Positions 59,191 to 64,000 of a DNA stretch of 64,000 nt are shown here, piece after piece (the first letter of the stretch is position 1; every line of letters starts with the position of its first letter). Origin of the DNA: Amoebophrya sp. A120. Lineage: Eukaryota > Protista > Dinoflagellata. The position numbers were made by a program, and so were the translations under genes. Location of the stretch: positions 1,140,392 to 1,204,391 of the forward strand of contig CAJINV010000013.1 of assembly GCA_905178155.1 (NCBI GenBank), in the 5' to 3' direction. Below the pieces are notes generated by a model. That model saw only the letters and a program-made list of their open reading frames with translations, ran no database searches and was not told the DNA's origin.

Positions 59191-59874
59191 TTCTTCAAAA
59201 CCGAGATCTACCACCCTTAGTAAGAAGTGATGAAGGTGGTTTTCATTTCATTTTGATACGTCGCTTGGTTGCTCTAGTTTGATTCTACTTACTGCTCCAT
59301 CCGAGAGATTGAGATGCCCAGCTGTTGTTCTCCATTGTTCTCATTGTTTTTGATATTTGTAGGTGAAAAATGTTTATCAATGATGGGTTCTATCTTGCAA
59401 AAACGTTCTTCAGTAGTCTAGGAGCGGGGACTGTCGTGGACACATTACTTTCCTACGACTTCCCGTGGTATCTATCCGTAATGTAGTTGTATGTGCGGCA
59501 TTTTTTGAAAATAGTACAAAGCACAGGCACACTAGTAGAAGTCCTTCTATCTCAAATTCCATCTGGTTTATCTTTATTCTAAAGGCGCACGGCGTTCATT
59601 TTTCTTCGTTAGGTGTGGTAGAGTGAGAAAGTGGAAACATCGAAAACTCCATGGTTTTCGCTTACTGGTAGTAGTCTGTGCGGGTACGATAAAGAATAAT
59701 GCTGTTTCAATCGTTCAGAGTATGGGTTTGTGGCATTCGGGTGAGCTAAGTACTGAAATCGTAAATCGCATCAAATCAAGAAAAATCTGGTAACTCCCTC
59801 CAGATTCCTCGCGATAAGTCAAAACTTCTGCAGAACAACAGGACCGGCTCGTGAAACTACCTATCCAGTGCCTT

Positions 59875-62800
59875 CTAGTCAACCTGATTGTCGCTGTTGT
59901 CGCTGTCACTGTTGTCTGTTTCCCGGCCCCGGTCGGGCGGATGCACCGAGGTGCTGCTTTGCCGGAAGGAGAGCATCGCCGATTCCCGCGACGTCGACAG
60001 CCGGCTGCTGAGAAGGACGTCTCTGTTTACGTTTTGATTATGTTCCTCAACAGACTGGTCTGTTGGAACAACAATTTTTTCCACATCCACCTCCTCGCCA
60101 ATCTTTTCCTCAACCGCCATGAAAGGCCGCGGCGTGTCCTCCTCGTCCGGGTCGAGTTGCTGGATTCTGTCCTCGATATTGCGCATCAAATCGTCCTGCA
60201 ACAGCTCCTGCAGCTGCGAATCATCCGGCTCATCTTCCTGTTGCAGATGCGACTGCTCCAGCGTGATGTTCTCTTTGCTCAGGCTCAGCAGGGAGAACGA
60301 CTTTTCGTTTGCGGAAAGCATCCTGTCGTCTACTTCGTTGATGTTGGGATCAGTTTGCGCCTGATGTTCTTCCGGATCTTGTGCTACAAATTTCCGTTCC
60401 TGCAACGGGTTCTCGTGGGGATCTCCTTCCTCATCTGGCGGCACCGCCGCGGGCAAAAACTCAACCTGCTCAAGCACTCGCTCATTCGGCACAGCGGGCG
60501 GAGCTTCGAGTTCGACGAATTGTGGGTGCGGCTGGCGCGGGGATTTCTTGGCAGAAAGATTCCTAGTGGAGGAAGAAGAAGAAAACGGAACATTGCCACG
60601 GCGCCTCAAAGTACTAGACGTGGTCGTTTTATTGGTTTCGACTGTTGTACTTGACGTTGTTTCTGTTGCTCTACTCGACGGCCGGAAACTGGGCACTGCC
60701 GGCTTGTTTTTCGTGCGGTGCGATGCTGAAATTCTGGCTGTGTCCGTGGCAAAGCCCTCCTCTGTGGTTATTTTCTTCGGTTTTTCCCCATTCAAGCTTG
60801 CTTTATTCAATGAAGTAGGTGCGGCTGCCTTCTTTGGAGCCTTGGCACCCATAACTCCGCGCGAACCTGTAATCGGTTGCGTTTCTGGCGGTCGACGGCT
60901 AACGCCTGCTACATTGCTCAGCTGGTTCGCGTCTTTTGTCACAGTTCGCTGTTTGTTGATCCCGTTTCTGGTCGGACTTCTGGAAGCTACAGCTTTCTTT
61001 TCGGGTCGGACGGGTGGTGCTAGTCGTGTGGCTTCGCTTCTTAACGCCGCAACAGCGGCAGTTGATTTTGCTGTGCCGGACGCTCCTCTCGTGGGCACGA
61101 CAGCGCCGGTTCTTCGAGGGCTGCTCGTACCAACAAGCTTCGTTTTCGCGCGCGTATTTCCAGAGAAAGTTCCTTCCGTGCCTGGGCCTGCTTTTGCATT
61201 TGCACTCCCTGGTGCAGCTCGTTGTTTATTGTGCAACGGACCATGACCTGCTGTGCTTGAAGACGCATGCGCACCGACATAGGATGAACTCGTTACCGCA
61301 GTTGTTCCGATCTTTTGAGGGCGACCCGCGATTGATGCCGTCGGATTGTTCCCTTTCGTTGATATTATCGCGTTCTTTCCCAGCGCCGGGGCTCCTCCAC
61401 CTGCGCCACCTCTTCTAGCAGTCACACCACCACCGTCGTTCGTTTTCGCACCTACACGTCGCGCGGACAGCGGCGGAGCGCCGACCACTGCACGGATCGA
61501 GGACAGATCCTGCTTAGCGGTGCTCAAAGATGAGCTGCTACTGCTAGTGGCCTTAGTCGTTGTGGTGACTACTGCATTTTTAGAGACGATAGTCCGCTCG
61601 TTGTTGATGCGTGCCGCAGTTCCGACATTATTTCTCGCCTTGTTCAGCATGGCTTTCGCAGCCGGGGAGGACACGGCTGTGGAGGAAGCGGGGCTGGTTG
61701 GTGCCGGAGCGGCCGGAGATTTCAGTCGTGTTTTCCTCACACCGGCGACTACCTGCAGATTGTTTTTCTGCACGACGCAATGGTTGTTATCCGTCGCGGC
61801 TGCTTCGACTCGCACTCCATTGCCGCCTTCTTCCTCAGCCGGACTTGGCACGGCGGTTGTCGGCGTAGTAGCGGCGCTGCGACCACCACCCGCGAGATGG
61901 TGTATGCTTGGCACGGTAATTGTGGTGTTGGCCGCCAACGTTGCGTAATGTTGCTCCTGCTGCTCCTGCTGTAATTGTTTATTTCCCGGATGTTGATGAT
62001 TCTGCCCCGCCCCGCCGGCGACATCAAAATACCCGGAGTCCACCGGTGCGTACCCGAGCAAAATGTCACTCTCTGACTTCGCTTTACTCAAATTCGCGGC
62101 GTTCGTCGCCTTCAGGTCGTCCAACGTCTGCAATAGCCCTTGTTCAGAGGGCGAAAACACGGGGAGTGAACGGTCATGGTTGATACCGCCTTGGGTGTTG
62201 TTGGGCACGTTAACAACTTTCGGACTTTTCAGTCTGCTCGTGTTCTGGTTCAGTAAAACTTTCGTCCCTTGTGCTGCTCCTACTGTCCTCTGTTTAATAC
62301 CAGAAGTGAAGCCCTTATTGGTTGCGTTCGAAGGTGTCGCACTTTTGGAGGCTCCAGCGTTCGCTGCGGCCGCGATGCAGCCGCGCATACTCGGCACAGC
62401 GATCCCTACGTTGCTTCCGGGCGTTGTCGGCGCGGTGTTTATTTGACGCTGGTGTGCAGTAGTTGTGTTCGCCAAACCGCGACTTTCTGGCGTTTTCCTT
62501 CCGAGTGAATAGCTGCTTGTTCCCAAGCCACTCAACAATGCTGTCCCAGCACCTCCCCCTCCGGCCGACACGAGTGGTACATTGCTCGGCAGCCCGTCAG
62601 TCCGCGGCTTCGGACCGCCCTGCAGACGCAGCCGCATCGTGCCGGCCGCGGCCGTCGGGGCGCCGGTTAGGAGATTTATGTTGTGGCTTGTGGAAGAAAC
62701 CAGAGTCTTAGTCGGCGAAACCGCGTTCCCAACACTGGCAATTCCGCTTTTCATCATATCACTGCGGAAATTTACGTTCTTTTCACTGTGGAAGTTCAAC

Positions 62801-63510
62801 GCGCTCTCCGGCTCGAAAACGTCAAAATTTCGCAGCTTGTGCGGGGTGGTACGAGACAGGAACTCCTTTTCGCGGGAAACGTCGGGCAGCAGCTTCTTGC
62901 TGCGGTTGGTGACATCTTCAGCTGATGCAGCTCCTGCTGCTGTTGAGCCGATCCCTACAGTTGCATTGGTTGTTGAAAAGCCTGTGCAGTTGTCCAGACT
63001 GCGCACAACATAGGCGGTCTCCTGCTTCCAGTAGTCCAGTTTCATTTTCTCGTCGTATTTGAAGCCGAGTCGCGGGGAAAAACCCACGACGTCAGCTTTC
63101 TCGAACAAATCGGGACGTTTCGCGTCCGTGTACCTAGTGAGGAAAGAACTACCTTGGTTCATCTTCGCTAGTGCCGTATTTTCACCTACTTCCCTTGGCG
63201 CTCCCTCCGTGGCTCTTTCGGCGTCGGTTTTGCTGTCGAGGTTCTTTGAAGCGCCCTCTTGTGGATTTTTGTCCGCCTCCGCGGTCGTGGATGAACCAGG
63301 AAAGGTCACCGTAGTTGCAGCTCCAGAATTAATCTTCTCCTCCACCACCACCCGTTGTGACCGGTACGCTGCGGGCGAGTACCGACTCACGTCACCGGTA
63401 TGGCCCTGTGGAAGTTTCGTCCGACCGCGCTTTTCGTCCTTTGCGCGCGCGCTGCCGGACCGGGGGGTGCGCGTACCTTCCGGTGGAAGTTGAAGAAGTA
63501 TGATGGGCAT
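59875..63510 (-). CDS. hypothetical 1200+ aa low-complexity protein (basic T/A/S/N-rich body, acidic C-terminus); upstream exon likely at 63545-64000
   Basis: Uninterrupted 1211-codon ORF; His-rich coding-like ORF upstream. Confidence 0.7.
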   Translation of the reverse strand: MPIILLQLPPEGTRTPRSGSARAKDEKRGRTKLPQGHTGDVSRYSPAAYRSQRVVVEEKINSGAATTVTFPGSSTTAEADKNPQEGASKNLDSKTDAERATEGAPREVGENTALAKMNQGSSFLTRYTDAKRPDLFEKADVVGFSPRLGFKYDEKMKLDYWKQETAYVVRSLDNCTGFSTTNATVGIGSTAAGAASAEDVTNRSKKLLPDVSREKEFLSRTTPHKLRNFDVFEPESALNFHSEKNVNFRSDMMKSGIASVGNAVSPTKTLVSSTSHNINLLTGAPTAAAGTMRLRLQGGPKPRTDGLPSNVPLVSAGGGGAGTALLSGLGTSSYSLGRKTPESRGLANTTTAHQRQINTAPTTPGSNVGIAVPSMRGCIAAAANAGASKSATPSNATNKGFTSGIKQRTVGAAQGTKVLLNQNTSRLKSPKVVNVPNNTQGGINHDRSLPVFSPSEQGLLQTLDDLKATNAANLSKAKSESDILLGYAPVDSGYFDVAGGAGQNHQHPGNKQLQQEQQEQHYATLAANTTITVPSIHHLAGGGRSAATTPTTAVPSPAEEEGGNGVRVEAAATDNNHCVVQKNNLQVVAGVRKTRLKSPAAPAPTSPASSTAVSSPAAKAMLNKARNNVGTAARINNERTIVSKNAVVTTTTKATSSSSSSLSTAKQDLSSIRAVVGAPPLSARRVGAKTNDGGGVTARRGGAGGGAPALGKNAIISTKGNNPTASIAGRPQKIGTTAVTSSSYVGAHASSSTAGHGPLHNKQRAAPGSANAKAGPGTEGTFSGNTRAKTKLVGTSSPRRTGAVVPTRGASGTAKSTAAVAALRSEATRLAPPVRPEKKAVASRSPTRNGINKQRTVTKDANQLSNVAGVSRRPPETQPITGSRGVMGAKAPKKAAAPTSLNKASLNGEKPKKITTEEGFATDTARISASHRTKNKPAVPSFRPSSRATETTSSTTVETNKTTTSSTLRRRGNVPFSSSSSTRNLSAKKSPRQPHPQFVELEAPPAVPNERVLEQVEFLPAAVPPDEEGDPHENPLQERKFVAQDPEEHQAQTDPNINEVDDRMLSANEKSFSLLSLSKENITLEQSHLQQEDEPDDSQLQELLQDDLMRNIEDRIQQLDPDEEDTPRPFMAVEEKIGEEVDVEKIVVPTDQSVEEHNQNVNRDVLLSSRLSTSRESAMLSFRQSSTSVHPPDRGRETDNSDSDNSDNQVD

Positions 63511-64000
63511 TGCACATCAAGACTACTACGCAATAGAAGCACGATCATGCATACGAAAAACAGCATGAAAATAAGGATAAGTTCTCTAGATCTAAAGTAC
63601 TGGCCGAGCTCATCGCCGGCGACAGCTTCTTCCTATCCGACATGAAGGTGTTGTCCAGCAACCCCGACTCAAAATTCGTCCTGGGCGAGGGCAGCGTCTT
63701 AGTGACGCGCACCGGTCGCTTGTGCCGGCCCGCGCCGATCGCGTTCACGGGGCGGTGGTGGTGCGGGTGGAGGTGGTGATGGTGTTGGTCGTAATGATGT
63801 GGCGCGATTTCCTGTTTTTTCCGATGTTGAGCGGGGTCGCCCGGCCCCCCAAAAGCGCCAACCACGGCGTTCGTCGAGTGCCACGAGGCGCAACTAGCAT
63901 CCAGTGGCACATTTTTCTGTTGACCCTGGGTATAATTTGTATGCATATGCCGATGAAGAACTTCCTCTGCTCGGTAGTGGCCGAAAGCGAAATCAGCCTC

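Noticed and set aside
57632-59198. Overlapping 100-260 aa ORFs in the GC island
   Set aside because: Arg/Gly/Pro/Ala-rich, open in many frames, with no codon or domain signal.

Overview
Eukaryotic protist DNA, most consistent with a syndinian dinoflagellate such as Amoebophrya; this is inferred from gene style and non-canonical intron architecture, not from a search. About 14 host genes all lie on the minus strand: a GH7-like cellulase, an alpha-kinase-like protein, two tandem SNAP-25-like Qbc-SNAREs with an internal PH domain, a Methyltransf_24-like protein, a SpoU-like RNA methyltransferase, MPPED-like and calpain-like proteins, and several low-complexity hypotheticals. At least nine 236-322 bp terminal-inverted-repeat elements (TAT...ATA ends, 5-bp direct repeats) sit inside coding exons. 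Removing each with one direct repeat restores the host reading frame, so they behave as introner-type introns. Two pairs of closely related copies lie in opposite orientation relative to host transcription. From 7.5 to 21.3 kb is a compound block of six tandem-repeat families. A young 8.8-kb Ty3/Gypsy LTR retrotransposon has inserted into the 32-bp GC-rich satellite; it has 640-bp LTRs, a CCCC TSD, a tRNA-Pro PBS, an extra upstream ORF, a long RH-INT spacer and one in-frame stop in RT. All family assignments were made by eye from motifs.
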